IMG/VR virus record: IMGVR_UViG_3300025325_000001
Direction: 5' to 3' (one strand)
Length of the DNA stretch: 64,000 nt
Source of the DNA: a virus
Under the pieces are notes generated by a model. It saw only the letters and a list, made by a program, of their open reading frames with translations, did no database searches and had not been told where the DNA came from. Every line of letters begins with the position of its first letter. Position 1 is the first letter of the stretch. Of this stretch, positions 15,387 through 24,065 are shown piece by piece. The translations under genes and the position numbers were made by a program.

Positions 15387-15596
15387 ATGGCCCTCAAGAT
15401 TGTAAAGACGAGGGAATTTGAGCATGTCGGTGGAGAAGCAACTACCGTTCGGCTCTTTCCAAAAGATACTCTCGTCGTCGAAGTGATGGCGGAGGATGAC
15501 GATACCTCTGTCGTTGAAGAGATTGAGATTAAGTGGGATGGGCAATCTCGCGCAGAAATCTCACTCTCTAATGGAAATGCGACTATCTACACCTAG
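15387..15596 (+). CDS. hypothetical protein (69 aa)
   Basis: Internal ATG of ORF 15336..15596 with GGAAGGAGG upstream. Confidence 0.65.
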   Translation: MALKIVKTREFEHVGGEATTVRLFPKDTLVVEVMAEDDDTSVVEEIEIKWDGQSRAEISLSNGNATIYT

Positions 15597-15610
15597 GAAG
15601 GAGGAATGAA

Positions 15611-15793
15611 ATGGAAGCAACCGTAACACTCAAGCTTTCAGTTTCCGAGCTTGACACCATTCGAGACGCACTCGAACGCTATCGGAACCTCCAGCATGCT
15701 CAGGGTCGAAATGAGCGTCTGAACCCGGCCGAAAAGCATGAGGCGCGAGCACTCGAAGCAAAAGCAGCCGAACTACTCGCAAAGCTGAGGTAA
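15611..15793 (+). CDS. hypothetical helical protein (60 aa)
   Basis: ORF track; GGAAGGAGG upstream. Confidence 0.65.
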   Translation: MEATVTLKLSVSELDTIRDALERYRNLQHAQGRNERLNPAEKHEARALEAKAAELLAKLR

Positions 15794-15859
15794 GACGTGG
15801 AAAACAAATGGTTCGAATTCAACATCGGTTTGTACGTTGAAGCGCGGAGCCATAAGTAA

Positions 15860-16219
15860 ATGGACATTCGTGGTCTGACTGTGATCCCCGATGTTGCCAA
15901 TGCACATTATGGCGGCGAAGAGATACCGGAAGTAGTTATCCACCCCGATACCGGCGAAGAAATCGGACGGGTTGGCTATCACTCAATCGACGGTTGGCGA
16001 GGTTACAATGAAGTCGAACCGCTCGACGGATGGAGAAAGGTAGGTGAAGGTTGCAACTGCGGTGATTGGAACGACACACCGCCTGGAACTTCAAACGACG
16101 AATGCGAAGCTCAGATCCGCGAACTTGCAGACGAGTATGGAGAAATCGTACTCGTGCTATGCGGAGGCAGTAACGTCTTTGCAATGCAATACGACGTACT
16201 AGCAAGGGAGGAGGAATAG
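15860..16219 (+). CDS. hypothetical protein (119 aa)
   Basis: ORF track. No clear SD; protein-like composition. Confidence 0.65.
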   Translation: MDIRGLTVIPDVANAHYGGEEIPEVVIHPDTGEEIGRVGYHSIDGWRGYNEVEPLDGWRKVGEGCNCGDWNDTPPGTSNDECEAQIRELADEYGEIVLVLCGGSNVFAMQYDVLAREEE

Positions 16220-16443
16220 TGCTACTAGACGCACAAGATCCATTCGGCGCATGGTCACGTGCGCATAATGGGCAGTTCGATGTTGTTGGATTCATCATCG
16301 ACTTTGAGAGCGGAGAGCTTTCAGACGATGAGTTGATCGAAGGTTTCCAACACCTAATCGACACTGGCACAGTGTGGCAATTGCAGGGTTTCTACGGTCG
16401 CACAGCACAAACCCTAATCGACGCTGGACATTGCCACGTCTAA
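16219..16443 (+). CDS. hypothetical protein (74 aa)
   Basis: ORF track. GTG start with GGGAGGAGG upstream. Confidence 0.6.
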   Translation: MLLDAQDPFGAWSRAHNGQFDVVGFIIDFESGELSDDELIEGFQHLIDTGTVWQLQGFYGRTAQTLIDAGHCHV

Positions 16444-16457
16444 AGAAACGAGGATAA

Positions 16458-16649
16458 ATGGACAAGTACGAGGTAATTATTCGGGACAAGCAGACCGGAA
16501 ACCGTTGGTCGATGATCTTCGATGCGGACGACTTTGGACATGCGGAAGATCAAGCGCGTGAGATTTCCGCCGATGGTCAGGTTTCATATTTGGCCGAGGA
16601 TGACGAAATTATCCGCATCGACAAGGAGTACGAGGTAATCTACAGATGA
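16458..16649 (+). CDS. hypothetical protein (63 aa)
   Basis: ORF track; ACGAGGA upstream. Confidence 0.65.
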   Translation: MDKYEVIIRDKQTGNRWSMIFDADDFGHAEDQAREISADGQVSYLAEDDEIIRIDKEYEVIYR

Positions 16650-16915
16650 GAGGGAAAGAAACCACACGAGCGAATAAGGTTGTCCGAACGTGGGGAGGCG
16701 TGAGGTTTACGCTAAAATTCGCGTGGGATCTCCGACTCGGAGATATCTACATCGAAGGTGCTCAACGCAACCCGGTCGATTGCATGCAAGTGCATGATTT
16801 CGATTGGGAAACGGACACTCTTACGATGCGAGACAGAAAGCAGATTGCCCGTGACTTCGAGGATTGGCTTCTCGACAACGGCGCAAGCTACATCGCAGAA
16901 CTTCCCTATCTATAG
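16646..16915 (+). CDS. hypothetical protein (89 aa)
   Basis: ORF track; ATGA coupling. Confidence 0.65.
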   Translation: MRGKETTRANKVVRTWGGVRFTLKFAWDLRLGDIYIEGAQRNPVDCMQVHDFDWETDTLTMRDRKQIARDFEDWLLDNGASYIAELPYL

Positions 16916-16929
16916 AAAGGAGGGTAGAC

Positions 16930-17526
16930 ATGAAAGTTTGGGGAGTAACTGAAACGCAGCTTATCGAGTGCGCAGAAGGAATCGGAGTGAAGTTGCACGA
17001 GCTTCGCACAGAGGGTCGCGCGCTACGCTTTACACTCCGACCTACCGGACAGAAGATCGACGGTGACCATAAGTACCAGCGCACGAGTGCATCGGGTTTC
17101 CATCCTGATCGAAGGGTGCATGCTGTCTGCTGGCACGGTCATCGCGATTTCATGCTCGCAGTATTCGAGAGAAATCCTGCCGCACGAATCAAGACGATGT
17201 GGTCGGACTACAAAGGTCGTGATGACTTCCTCGAAAACTACGAGATGACTGGCTACAAGCAAGTGGGCGCCGCGTTTGCTCCAATGCAGGCGCGCGAAGT
17301 CTGTAACTGCGCTAACGGAGGTTGGCTCATTGACTTGAGCCTGCGCCATGATGTTCATGCGTATCAGATCAAACAGTCAACGTTCCTCGGTTGCCCCTTC
17401 TACATCATGGACACTTCGCACTATCGCGCAGACGGAACCTGCAAGTGCGACGATCCAGCCGAACAAGAGCGAATGATCCGCGAGTGGGAATACACTCGCG
17501 AAGACTTCGAGAAAGCAGGTGTGTAA
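16930..17526 (+). CDS. hypothetical protein (198 aa)
   Basis: Internal ATG of ORF 16864..17526. It is preceded by the same 24-nt initiation region as 14924 (AGAAAGGAGGGTAGACATGAAAGT). Confidence 0.7.
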   Translation: MKVWGVTETQLIECAEGIGVKLHELRTEGRALRFTLRPTGQKIDGDHKYQRTSASGFHPDRRVHAVCWHGHRDFMLAVFERNPAARIKTMWSDYKGRDDFLENYEMTGYKQVGAAFAPMQAREVCNCANGGWLIDLSLRHDVHAYQIKQSTFLGCPFYIMDTSHYRADGTCKCDDPAEQERMIREWEYTREDFEKAGV

Positions 17527-17529
17527 AGA

Positions 17530-17721
17530 ATGGACGACCGAGAACTTCGTGCAACTGTTCGTTCGCAATTGACCGAAGTAAGCCTCTTTATCGAGTCGTT
17601 GCTTGTAGCTGAGAAAGGAGAGGACGGTACTTACGAAGTCTCCGCAGTCGAGATCGAGATTTCAGAACTAGAGGATTGGCGCAATAAAATCCTCAATTGC
17701 AAGGACGCGCTGACTTATTGA
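17530..17721 (+). CDS. hypothetical protein (63 aa)
   Basis: ORF track; weak SD. Confidence 0.6.
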   Translation: MDDRELRATVRSQLTEVSLFIESLLVAEKGEDGTYEVSAVEIEISELEDWRNKILNCKDALTY

Positions 17722-17736
17722 AACGGGAGGCGAGAA

Positions 17737-18051
17737 ATGTCTCATAGATACCATCCTGATTCTTCGGATGAGTATAACGACGATACAGAGGCGATCCTCT
17801 TCGATGAGTGCGATGATTGTGAGCGACATTCTCATGGTTTGGGTCTTACGCTCGACCAGAGAAATTGGTGGGCGATGTGGGTTCGGATGCTCGCTGTCGA
17901 GATCGAAGAGACAGAAGCATATCGCTCTACGAACGAAGCAAACCTAGGGAGGCAGATGTATTACGTCTACGTCGCTCTAGAACGCCATACGAGGATTGTA
18001 GATCCCTCTCTGAGAAGTCTCGCGAAGCTTCCGCGTCGTCCTTTCTACTAA
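17737..18051 (+). CDS. hypothetical protein (104 aa)
   Basis: ORF track; GGGAGG upstream. Confidence 0.65.
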   Translation: MSHRYHPDSSDEYNDDTEAILFDECDDCERHSHGLGLTLDQRNWWAMWVRMLAVEIEETEAYRSTNEANLGRQMYYVYVALERHTRIVDPSLRSLAKLPRRPFY

Positions 18052-18089
18052 GGCAGAACACAGAATCGCATAGTAGTTACTTAGGAGGA

Positions 18090-18293
18090 ATGATGGACAA
18101 AATCTCGGAACTGCTCGATGATTATGGTTGGGCAGAAGGTGACGATCTACGCAAAACGACTCTGCTCAAATGGATGACCGAAGCAACTAACCGCATCCAA
18201 GAGCTTCAACACAAGGTTGATAATATCGAGAACCTAGAAAGAGGACTCTTCGAGGATCTCGAAGCCAAGCTAATCGAGAAAGGAGTTCTCTAG
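18090..18293 (+). CDS. hypothetical coiled-coil protein (67 aa)
   Basis: Internal ATG of ORF 17865..18293 with TAGGAGG upstream (MMDKISELLDDYGW...). Confidence 0.65.
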   Translation: MMDKISELLDDYGWAEGDDLRKTTLLKWMTEATNRIQELQHKVDNIENLERGLFEDLEAKLIEKGVL

Positions 18294-18601
18294 TGCTAAA
18301 GAAAGACGTACAGATCGGCGCGCTCTATACCGCAAAGATTTCCAACAAGCTTACGAGTGTGCGTATCAGTTCAGTATGCTCATACGGAGGGTGGTGGGGT
18401 ATCAATCTCACTACAGGCCGAAGCGTGAGAATCAAGTCCGCTGCGAAACTCCAGCCGATGCCATATACACAACTACGCTGCAATCATTGTGGTCGCGAAT
18501 TCCGTAATGGCGAGCACCCTCTCGTTTGGGCACCGATGGAAGAAGTCGGTGAACCCGAAGACCAACAGCTAGTTTGTTATGGATGTGAACACGAGCTATA
18601 G
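18293..18601 (+). CDS. hypothetical protein (102 aa) with C-terminal CxxC...CxxC
   Basis: ORF track. GTG start (TAGTG junction) with AAGGAG upstream. CNHCGREF...CYGCEHEL. Confidence 0.65.
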   Translation: MLKKDVQIGALYTAKISNKLTSVRISSVCSYGGWWGINLTTGRSVRIKSAAKLQPMPYTQLRCNHCGREFRNGEHPLVWAPMEEVGEPEDQQLVCYGCEHEL

Positions 18602-18638
18602 CCACCAGGATTCACGAACTATTCGGAGAGTAATGCTA

Positions 18639-18700
18639 GGGCCGGTAGCCCAACTGGTAGAGGCATCCGATAAGTGAGGGTTCGAATCCCTCCCGGCCTA
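18639..18700 (+). ncRNA. 62-nt tRNA-like element lacking an anticodon arm (tRNA mimic or tRNA pseudogene)
   Basis: Hand fold. Acceptor GGGCCGG/CCGGCCT (G-U at 1:72). TA. D-arm GCC-CAACTGGTAGA-GGC. Ten-nt linker TCCGATAAGT where 17+ nt of anticodon arm are expected. T-arm GAGGG-TTCGAAT-CCCTC. Discriminator A. Confidence 0.55.
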
Positions 18701-18735
18701 TTCAGTGTCAAACTAAGGAGAGGAGGTGAAAGGAA

Positions 18736-18855
18736 ATGTGGTTTACTATAAAGGCGAATGTCCGGTATTACTTCCGCCGCGTAGTACGCCTCGTTCGTTA
18801 TGGGCATTGGCGTGACGATGGCGGAGAGGAAGCTTATCGTGAACTGAAGGGCTAG
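18736..18855 (+). CDS. 39-aa basic mini-protein
   Basis: Own translation MWFTIKANVRYYFRRVVRLVRYGHWRDDGGEEAYRELKG. Strong SD AAGGAGAGGAGGTGA upstream. Below ORF-track cutoff. Confidence 0.4.
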   Translation: MWFTIKANVRYYFRRVVRLVRYGHWRDDGGEEAYRELKG

Positions 18856-18931
18856 GTTGACGTTTGCGGAGAATGACCTTTATTACGGGCTCCGCATTCT
18901 TGAGTCAAGTCCAATGGAAAGGAGGTGAAAA

Positions 18932-19612
18932 GTGAAAGACATCTACATTGTCTCCGACGTGCATGGAAACTACGAGGGCTTGCGGAAGGCTCTTTTTTCC
19001 GCTGGTTTGTTCGATAACCACGGAGTAAAAGATCCTAATGCATTCATCGTGCAGATCGGAGACTTGGCAAACTGCGTCTATGGATCGCGCGAGGATGATC
19101 TCCGTTGCCTCGATATGGTCGGAAAAGAAATCGACCTTATGCTAGTCGGCAACCACGAGATTCCTTACTTCGATCCTGAAAACACGTTCTCGGGATTCCG
19201 TTTCAACTTCGACATTTCCCAGACTCTCTGGGCGCACTATGCTAATGGGCTGCTCACTTCATCGTATTGTGAAGACGATAGCTGGCTCGTCACGCACGCT
19301 GGAATCTCACAGTCGCAGTTGAACTTTGGGACGGGAACTACGCCTCTGCTCGTGAATGACAAGTTACAGCATGAGTGGAAGGAAAAGAACTTCGCGCACT
19401 ATCTCTTTCGCGATTGCGGTCGTGTAAGGTTTGGGGATGCGAAGGTCGGTGGAGTGCTATGGTGCGACTTCGATAGGGAGTTCGAGCCGACAGAATTCCC
19501 GCAGATAGTTGGGCATACCCCCGGAGTCCTGCGACAGAAAGGAAATGCGCTTTGCATAGATACTGGAGCGAAGTTCGGAGGAATACCAACAGTCCTAAAG
19601 TTGGAGGTCTAA
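18932..19612 (+). CDS. calcineurin-like metallophosphoesterase (lambda-phosphatase/PrpA-like), 226 aa
   Basis: Motifs in order: SDVHGN, GDLANC, GNHE, THAG, GHTP. GTG start with AAAGGAGGTGA upstream. Confidence 0.85.
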   Translation: MKDIYIVSDVHGNYEGLRKALFSAGLFDNHGVKDPNAFIVQIGDLANCVYGSREDDLRCLDMVGKEIDLMLVGNHEIPYFDPENTFSGFRFNFDISQTLWAHYANGLLTSSYCEDDSWLVTHAGISQSQLNFGTGTTPLLVNDKLQHEWKEKNFAHYLFRDCGRVRFGDAKVGGVLWCDFDREFEPTEFPQIVGHTPGVLRQKGNALCIDTGAKFGGIPTVLKLEV

Positions 19613-19615
19613 AAG

Positions 19616-19852
19616 GTGTACGTTGTAGTCCAGATTGAAAATGAGTCGGATTTTCCGGGGATCGTGGAGGTCTATGGGCTGTTCTCTTGGTATGAGGACG
19701 CCACCGAGTACGCGGAGCACCTACTCAAATTGCGTAAGGATTGGGAAAGGGGTAAGGATTTGCAAATAAGCCGCCTGAATACGATCCCTCTCGATTACCC
19801 GGCTGATTGGAGGAGTAGTGAGCAAGCTGCGAAATGCGCTAAGCGAAGATGA
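19616..19852 (+). CDS. hypothetical protein (78 aa)
   Basis: ORF track. GTG start with GGAGG 8 nt upstream. Confidence 0.6.
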   Translation: MYVVVQIENESDFPGIVEVYGLFSWYEDATEYAEHLLKLRKDWERGKDLQISRLNTIPLDYPADWRSSEQAAKCAKRR

Positions 19853-20132
19853 GATCATCGCTCAGGCGCGTAAGGCGTTTGGAGCAGAGAATGAAGCACC
19901 ATTCGCATTAGTAGATGCGCTCGAAGCGTTCTACATGAATGGATGCGCCGATGACCAAGACGGTGACACCGATACGTTCGGACACTTCTACCGTGTCCAC
20001 CGCTGGATCGTCTGGACAGACGGCCAAGGCTTCCATTATGTCGAAACCCACGATACAGAGGAGGAAGCTATAAAGGCATTCAGGCAGTCGCAGGAAGAGT
20101 ATGACGATCTCCTAGTGAGCGGAGGGGAATAG
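19818..20132 (+). CDS. hypothetical protein (104 aa)
   Basis: ORF track. GTG start with TGGAGGAG upstream. Confidence 0.65.
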   Translation: MSKLRNALSEDEIIAQARKAFGAENEAPFALVDALEAFYMNGCADDQDGDTDTFGHFYRVHRWIVWTDGQGFHYVETHDTEEEAIKAFRQSQEEYDDLLVSGGE

Positions 20133-20136
20133 ATAA

Positions 20137-20337
20137 ATGCAATCGGAGGCTGATCTTTACGTTGTTCTAGTCGATACAAAGACGGACTGGCCCGATTGCG
20201 TCTTTGTTGGTTCGTGGGAAGACGCTTCCCAATTCGACAAGAGCATCTCCCACGATTACCATACTTCGGTTCAGGCCGTTGTAACGATGAATGATGTTGA
20301 TGAACTAACCGCAGAAATGAGGCGGTGGGGAGAATGA
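20137..20337 (+). CDS. hypothetical protein (66 aa)
   Basis: ORF track; GGAGGGG upstream. Confidence 0.65.
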   Translation: MQSEADLYVVLVDTKTDWPDCVFVGSWEDASQFDKSISHDYHTSVQAVVTMNDVDELTAEMRRWGE

Positions 20338-20666
20338 ACTACACGGCTTTGCAGTCAGAGACAGACTGCGACGGTACAACGTTTTGGGCAAAGCGCTACG
20401 CAACGAAAGAGGAAGCGGAAGCATCCTCAGATACGTATGAGGTAATGCTCGAAGCGCACTTTGTCTGCACCGAACAGTTCCACAACCTCGATGAATGGGA
20501 GCGTGCTTATTACAGACGTGTGGGCTATTGTAGTCTCGGAGCACGATGGAATCCTTGGGCTGGACCGAATGGAGACGACACCATCGGAATCCCCGCTCTC
20601 GATACGCGCTACGACGATCCAATCTATTCAGACGATGACATCGAGATGATGCAGATGGGGACCTAA
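20334..20666 (+). CDS. hypothetical protein (110 aa)
   Basis: ATG 20334 inside ORF 20325..20666. ATGA coupling; GGTGGGGAG upstream. Confidence 0.65.
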   Translation: MNYTALQSETDCDGTTFWAKRYATKEEAEASSDTYEVMLEAHFVCTEQFHNLDEWERAYYRRVGYCSLGARWNPWAGPNGDDTIGIPALDTRYDDPIYSDDDIEMMQMGT

Positions 20667-20858
20667 ATGAAATCTGCGCTCGAACTATCTAGCGAACTGT
20701 GGGATCACGAAGATTGCGTATACGTCTTTGTGCTAGTCCGCGATGACATCGAGAACTACGATCCTGCAAAGAAACGCTCATTTCGAAAGACAATGGATAA
20801 TCTCATAAGCGAGGACTGGCGCGAAGCCGTCGAGCTTATCTTCGGAGAGGAGGAATGA
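20667..20858 (+). CDS. hypothetical protein (63 aa)
   Basis: ORF track; zero-nt spacing to the upstream stop. Confidence 0.65.
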   Translation: MKSALELSSELWDHEDCVYVFVLVRDDIENYDPAKKRSFRKTMDNLISEDWREAVELIFGEEE

Positions 20859-20861
20859 GAA

Positions 20862-21023
20862 ATGGCTAGGGAACTTGTCTACTCCTGCGATTCATGCGGG
20901 AAGTCTGGAATAGCGCAAAAGGATATTTGGAAAGTAACTGCGGTCAGTGGTAAGCAGCGTAGAAGTGGCGAGCTTTGTGACGAGTGCGCCTCAAGGCTTC
21001 GCCTCGGAAGAAAGGCAAAGTAA
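20862..21023 (+). CDS. 53-aa zinc-ribbon mini-protein
   Basis: Own translation MARELVYSCDSCGKSG...GELCDECASRLRLGRKAK. GGAGAGGAGG upstream. TAATG junction to the next gene. Confidence 0.5.
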   Translation: MARELVYSCDSCGKSGIAQKDIWKVTAVSGKQRRSGELCDECASRLRLGRKAK

Positions 21024-21268
21024 TGGCACAGTTCTACGCGAAGATCGTAGGCAGTCGAGGCGATGCTTCACGCGTGGGTAGTAAAGAATCTGGTATCTGG
21101 TCTCATACTCGCGGCTGGAATGCAGGTGTCGAGGTCATTGGCTACGTCGATGACGAAGGCCGCGATTGCTTCGAGGTTTGGACAACCGGCGGTTCTATTG
21201 CGCCTTCTAATGGGAGGCGAATGATCGGTACTCTGATCGAAGGTGTCGGCTTCGCATTCACAGCATGA
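21023..21268 (+). CDS. hypothetical protein (81 aa)
   Basis: Internal ATG of ORF 20984..21268 (MAQFYAKIVGSRGD...). Confidence 0.65.
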   Translation: MAQFYAKIVGSRGDASRVGSKESGIWSHTRGWNAGVEVIGYVDDEGRDCFEVWTTGGSIAPSNGRRMIGTLIEGVGFAFTA

Positions 21269-21411
21269 GAAAGATATGTGCGTGTAATTGCGGCTGCGAA
21301 AATTCCCTCGATTGGCATAGAGAGATTCGCTGCGCATGTCACGACCCAAACGTGTGTGATTGTGTCCCTCTCTGGCAGAGGATACTCATTCGCATGGTCG
21401 GAAAGAGGTAA
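21265..21411 (+). CDS. 48-aa Cys-rich mini-protein
   Basis: Own translation MRKICACNCGCENSLDWHREIRCACHDPNVCDCVPLWQRILIRMVGKR. ATGA coupling. Confidence 0.45.
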   Translation: MRKICACNCGCENSLDWHREIRCACHDPNVCDCVPLWQRILIRMVGKR

Positions 21412-21412
21412 T

Positions 21413-21586
21413 ATGATTGAATACGCAAACATGGTGAGAATCCCGAAGGATCTCTTTGCTCGCTTGATCGCAGCAATTGAGACTCCTGATGATCTTACTA
21501 GGCAGGAACGTACTGAGCTACTAGAAGATGCAGACCAGTGGTATCCTTATGAAGCGGAGGATGCACATGACTTGCGTAATTTGTAA
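21413..21586 (+). CDS. hypothetical protein (57 aa)
   Basis: Internal ATG of ORF 21278..21586 with AAAGAGG upstream (MIEYANMVRIPKDLF...). Confidence 0.5.
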   Translation: MIEYANMVRIPKDLFARLIAAIETPDDLTRQERTELLEDADQWYPYEAEDAHDLRNL

Positions 21587-21821
21587 TCTCTTACCTTATG
21601 GGAAATGCGACTATCACATGAAGTTTCAAGACAAGGTAGACGACATTTGTGATCTCGTCTGCGATCCTGAATCCGAGTTCTACTCCCTCGCAAGTTGGGA
21701 TGAATCAGGGCGGGAGGCTACATACGTGACATTCAATGCGCCAATCGCGAAAGAGATCGCGGAAGTCGTGCGAGGGACGGAAGCTCTCGATGCACACGAA
21801 TTGAGGGTGCCATGCCAATGA
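21567..21821 (+). CDS. hypothetical Cys-containing protein (84 aa)
   Basis: Internal ATG of ORF 21528..21821 with GCGGAGG 6 nt upstream (MTCVICNLLPYGKCDYH...). Confidence 0.6.
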   Translation: MTCVICNLLPYGKCDYHMKFQDKVDDICDLVCDPESEFYSLASWDESGREATYVTFNAPIAKEIAEVVRGTEALDAHELRVPCQ

Positions 21822-22000
21822 GATTTTACCTCGTAAGTGTGATGGAGCAATGGAGCCAGAGAGTTTTAATCGAAGCTGAATCTCCTAAGCAGGCAATCGA
21901 GAGGGTGCGAGAAGGTGACGGAGAATATCTCAACAATAGTCTAGAGCACGTGTCTACTCTCGATACGGAAACGTGGTCAGTAGAGGAAAGCGATGTTTAG
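21812..22000 (+). CDS. hypothetical protein (62 aa)
   Basis: ORF track; GAGGGTG upstream. Confidence 0.6.
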   Translation: MPMRFYLVSVMEQWSQRVLIEAESPKQAIERVREGDGEYLNNSLEHVSTLDTETWSVEESDV

Positions 22001-22205
22001 ATGCCCAAACTCTAAAGAACACAACGAGTTTGAGGTTTACCCCCTGGGCGTAGAAATCGGTGTGCTTGTAGATCGCGAGGGTTGTGCTACGAATCGGTGG
22101 GCTGACGGCACAATCGGTGTAAACCGCGAGCTACTGCGAGACGCTGAAGAAGAAACCGAAGCCGTATGCGCCCAATGTGGCAGCTACGTACAGTGGGGTC
22201 ATTGA
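21993..22205 (+). CDS. hypothetical protein (70 aa), CP...CAQCG zinc-ribbon-like
   Basis: ORF track; GAGGAAAG upstream. Confidence 0.6.
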   Translation: MFRCPNSKEHNEFEVYPLGVEIGVLVDREGCATNRWADGTIGVNRELLRDAEEETEAVCAQCGSYVQWGH

Positions 22206-22207
22206 GC

Positions 22208-22402
22208 ATGAATCTCCGGCAGTTGATTGTTGACGAACTGAACGTGGAGATTCTCGACGGAAATCAAGTGGCCCTCAAAGACCTAGAGATGTATGTGCTC
22301 CATCTCTACCGTGAAGGGAGATGCTATCACGTAGATCACGTCTACACAGAGGTCCACGAGAAAGCAGTTGTGGTCGATCTATTTGAAGGGGAAAGAGCGT
22401 GA
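22208..22402 (+). CDS. hypothetical protein (64 aa)
   Basis: Internal ATG of ORF 22166..22402, just after the upstream stop. Confidence 0.6.
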   Translation: MNLRQLIVDELNVEILDGNQVALKDLEMYVLHLYREGRCYHVDHVYTEVHEKAVVVDLFEGERA

Positions 22403-22614
22403 CCAAGAAAGATGGCGACAAGTTACGCAAGATGCAGAGCGATCTCTATGACATGGCAGAGCAGTACGAAGGGGGGAGCCTAACGCATCGGGACATTACG
22501 AAGGTCGCTGCTACCATCGGTGCTACACTACGGGGGCAGAAGTTCTCGGTGATAGGGGTAAATATCAGCGAGGAATTCCGAAAGCATAAGGACTCAAAGA
22601 GGACGGTGGGTTGA
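22399..22614 (+). CDS. hypothetical protein (71 aa)
   Basis: ORF track; GTG start with GAAGGGGAAAGAG upstream. Confidence 0.6.
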   Translation: MTKKDGDKLRKMQSDLYDMAEQYEGGSLTHRDITKVAATIGATLRGQKFSVIGVNISEEFRKHKDSKRTVG

Positions 22615-23283
22615 GTGGACACCAAGATTGAGGAATTCGAGCACGCTGGACTAACGTGCGAGATTCATTGGGAAGAGGATGGCGAGTTTTGCAATCCTCG
22701 CGACAATGACAATCTCGGCATCATGCTCTGCTGGCACCCTGACTATATCCTCGGGGATAAGCAATTCACGAATCCAGACGGTCGGGGTGGCGTAAAGGAA
22801 CGCTTCCACAGGGATGATTTCGAATCGATGGAAGTTCTGAGTAGATACCTTACACTCGTAGAGAAGGCAGTTGTCGTTTTGCCGCTATCGATCTACGATC
22901 ACTCTGGTATCACGATGTTTGTCGGTCATCGATATCCATTCGATTCCCAGGGATGGGATACTACGACGGTTGGGTTTATCTACACAACCACCGAGAGAAT
23001 AATCGAGTGCTTTCCTATGGATCAACCGCTGCCTGATGAAAGCGTGATCGAAGGAGCTTTGCGTCAGGAGGTAAAGGTCTATGACGAGTGGCTTTGCGGT
23101 GAGGTCTACTGGTGGTGCGTTCGCGATAGCGAAGGTGAGATGATTGAGTCCTGTGGAGGATACATCGGAGACATCGACTACGTGAAGGAGGAAGCGAAGG
23201 AATCAGCAGAAGCTCTTGCGAAAGACATCCTCATCAATCAGGAGCCTACTGACATCGCAGAAATTCTAGGGGGCATGTCGTAA
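22615..23283 (+). CDS. conserved-looking phage protein (222 aa), function unknown
   Basis: ORF track. GTG directly after the upstream TGA. Motifs NPRDNDNLGIMLCWHPDY and LSIYDHSGITMF resemble a family I recall from actinophage early regions but cannot name. Confidence 0.8.
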   Translation: MDTKIEEFEHAGLTCEIHWEEDGEFCNPRDNDNLGIMLCWHPDYILGDKQFTNPDGRGGVKERFHRDDFESMEVLSRYLTLVEKAVVVLPLSIYDHSGITMFVGHRYPFDSQGWDTTTVGFIYTTTERIIECFPMDQPLPDESVIEGALRQEVKVYDEWLCGEVYWWCVRDSEGEMIESCGGYIGDIDYVKEEAKESAEALAKDILINQEPTDIAEILGGMS

Positions 23284-23483
23284 TGAATCACGCGATTATT
23301 GACAATGGAATAGACAGCACGATTACCGAGCAACGTGCGAGAGAGCTGCTAGCAATTGAGGCGATCTATGAGTGTGGGGAATGCGAAACGCTCGAAAGTG
23401 AGCACGTTTATCACGTTTGGCCTAATTCAGAACTTGAACGTCAGTATCAAGAGGCGATTGGACCATTCGCGTTCCTCGCATGA
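23283..23483 (+). CDS. hypothetical protein (66 aa)
   Basis: ORF track; TAATG junction. Confidence 0.65.
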   Translation: MNHAIIDNGIDSTITEQRARELLAIEAIYECGECETLESEHVYHVWPNSELERQYQEAIGPFAFLA

Positions 23484-23557
23484 CCGTCGAAATGATCTCC
23501 GCGTTCATCATAGTAGGCGTCGTAATCGCACTATATCTTCTAGCGAGCGGGGGTTAG
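23480..23557 (+). CDS. 25-aa hydrophobic mini-protein
   Basis: Own translation MTVEMISAFIIVGVVIALYLLASGG; ATGA coupling. Confidence 0.3.
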   Translation: MTVEMISAFIIVGVVIALYLLASGG

Positions 23558-23722
23558 ATGACAATCGAGCAAGCAAGAGATTATCTTAGGGAGGCTGAGG
23601 ACATTCTTGATCTTGTAAGGAGATCAATTGAAAACTGGCCCCAAAGTTTCGAAGTTGACGCCGCTCTAAAGTCCCTCAATATGGCGCGAGACGCTACAGA
23701 GGAAGCGAGGACTTGGCTGTGA
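23558..23722 (+). CDS. hypothetical helical protein (54 aa)
   Basis: Own translation MTIEQARDYLREAEDILDLVRRSIENWPQSFEVDAALKSLNMARDATEEARTWL. Preferred over minus-strand ORF 23581..23766. Confidence 0.5.
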   Translation: MTIEQARDYLREAEDILDLVRRSIENWPQSFEVDAALKSLNMARDATEEARTWL

Positions 23723-23737
23723 CAAAGGAGGCTTGCA

Positions 23738-23878
23738 TTGATAGTCTGGCTCCTAAGTAAACGCACAAGACGATACCTCTATCTAGCTCTTGCGCTGATA
23801 GTGCTAGACCTGACTATCGGTCCAATACTCCTAGCCTGGGAGCTACGCCTATTGAAAGGATACATTGATGGCAGTTAG
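23738..23878 (+). CDS. 46-aa membrane mini-protein
   Basis: TTG start 6 nt after AAAGGAGG. Translation (M)IVWLLSKRTRRYLYLALALIVLDLTIGPILLAWELRLLKGYIDGS. Confidence 0.4.
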   Translation: MIVWLLSKRTRRYLYLALALIVLDLTIGPILLAWELRLLKGYIDGS

Positions 23879-24065
23879 GCTCTCAGACTATGACCGTGCT
23901 CATATGGCCGAGATTCTCGTAGGGCGAGGCACTTGGTTTAGCGCAAAGTTGCTGCGGCTCATTTCCGATGCGGATTTTGAGAATCGCGCACGATTGCGAC
24001 TAGGTTTTCCAGATCATGTCCAGGCATATCTCGACTACGTGAACGGGAAAGGAGTAGAAAGGTGA
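23865..24065 (+). CDS. hypothetical protein (66 aa)
   Basis: ORF track; AAAGGA upstream. Confidence 0.65.
   Translation: MMAVRLSDYDRAHMAEILVGRGTWFSAKLLRLISDADFENRARLRLGFPDHVQAYLDYVNGKGVER

Noticed and set aside
18639-18700. tRNA-like fragment as a phage attachment site (attP) of a temperate phage
   Set aside because: No integrase, excisionase or repressor-like gene was recognised in 64 kb. The element also keeps both the 5' and 3' tRNA ends rather than only a 3' portion. The idea is kept as a minor alternative in the finding.
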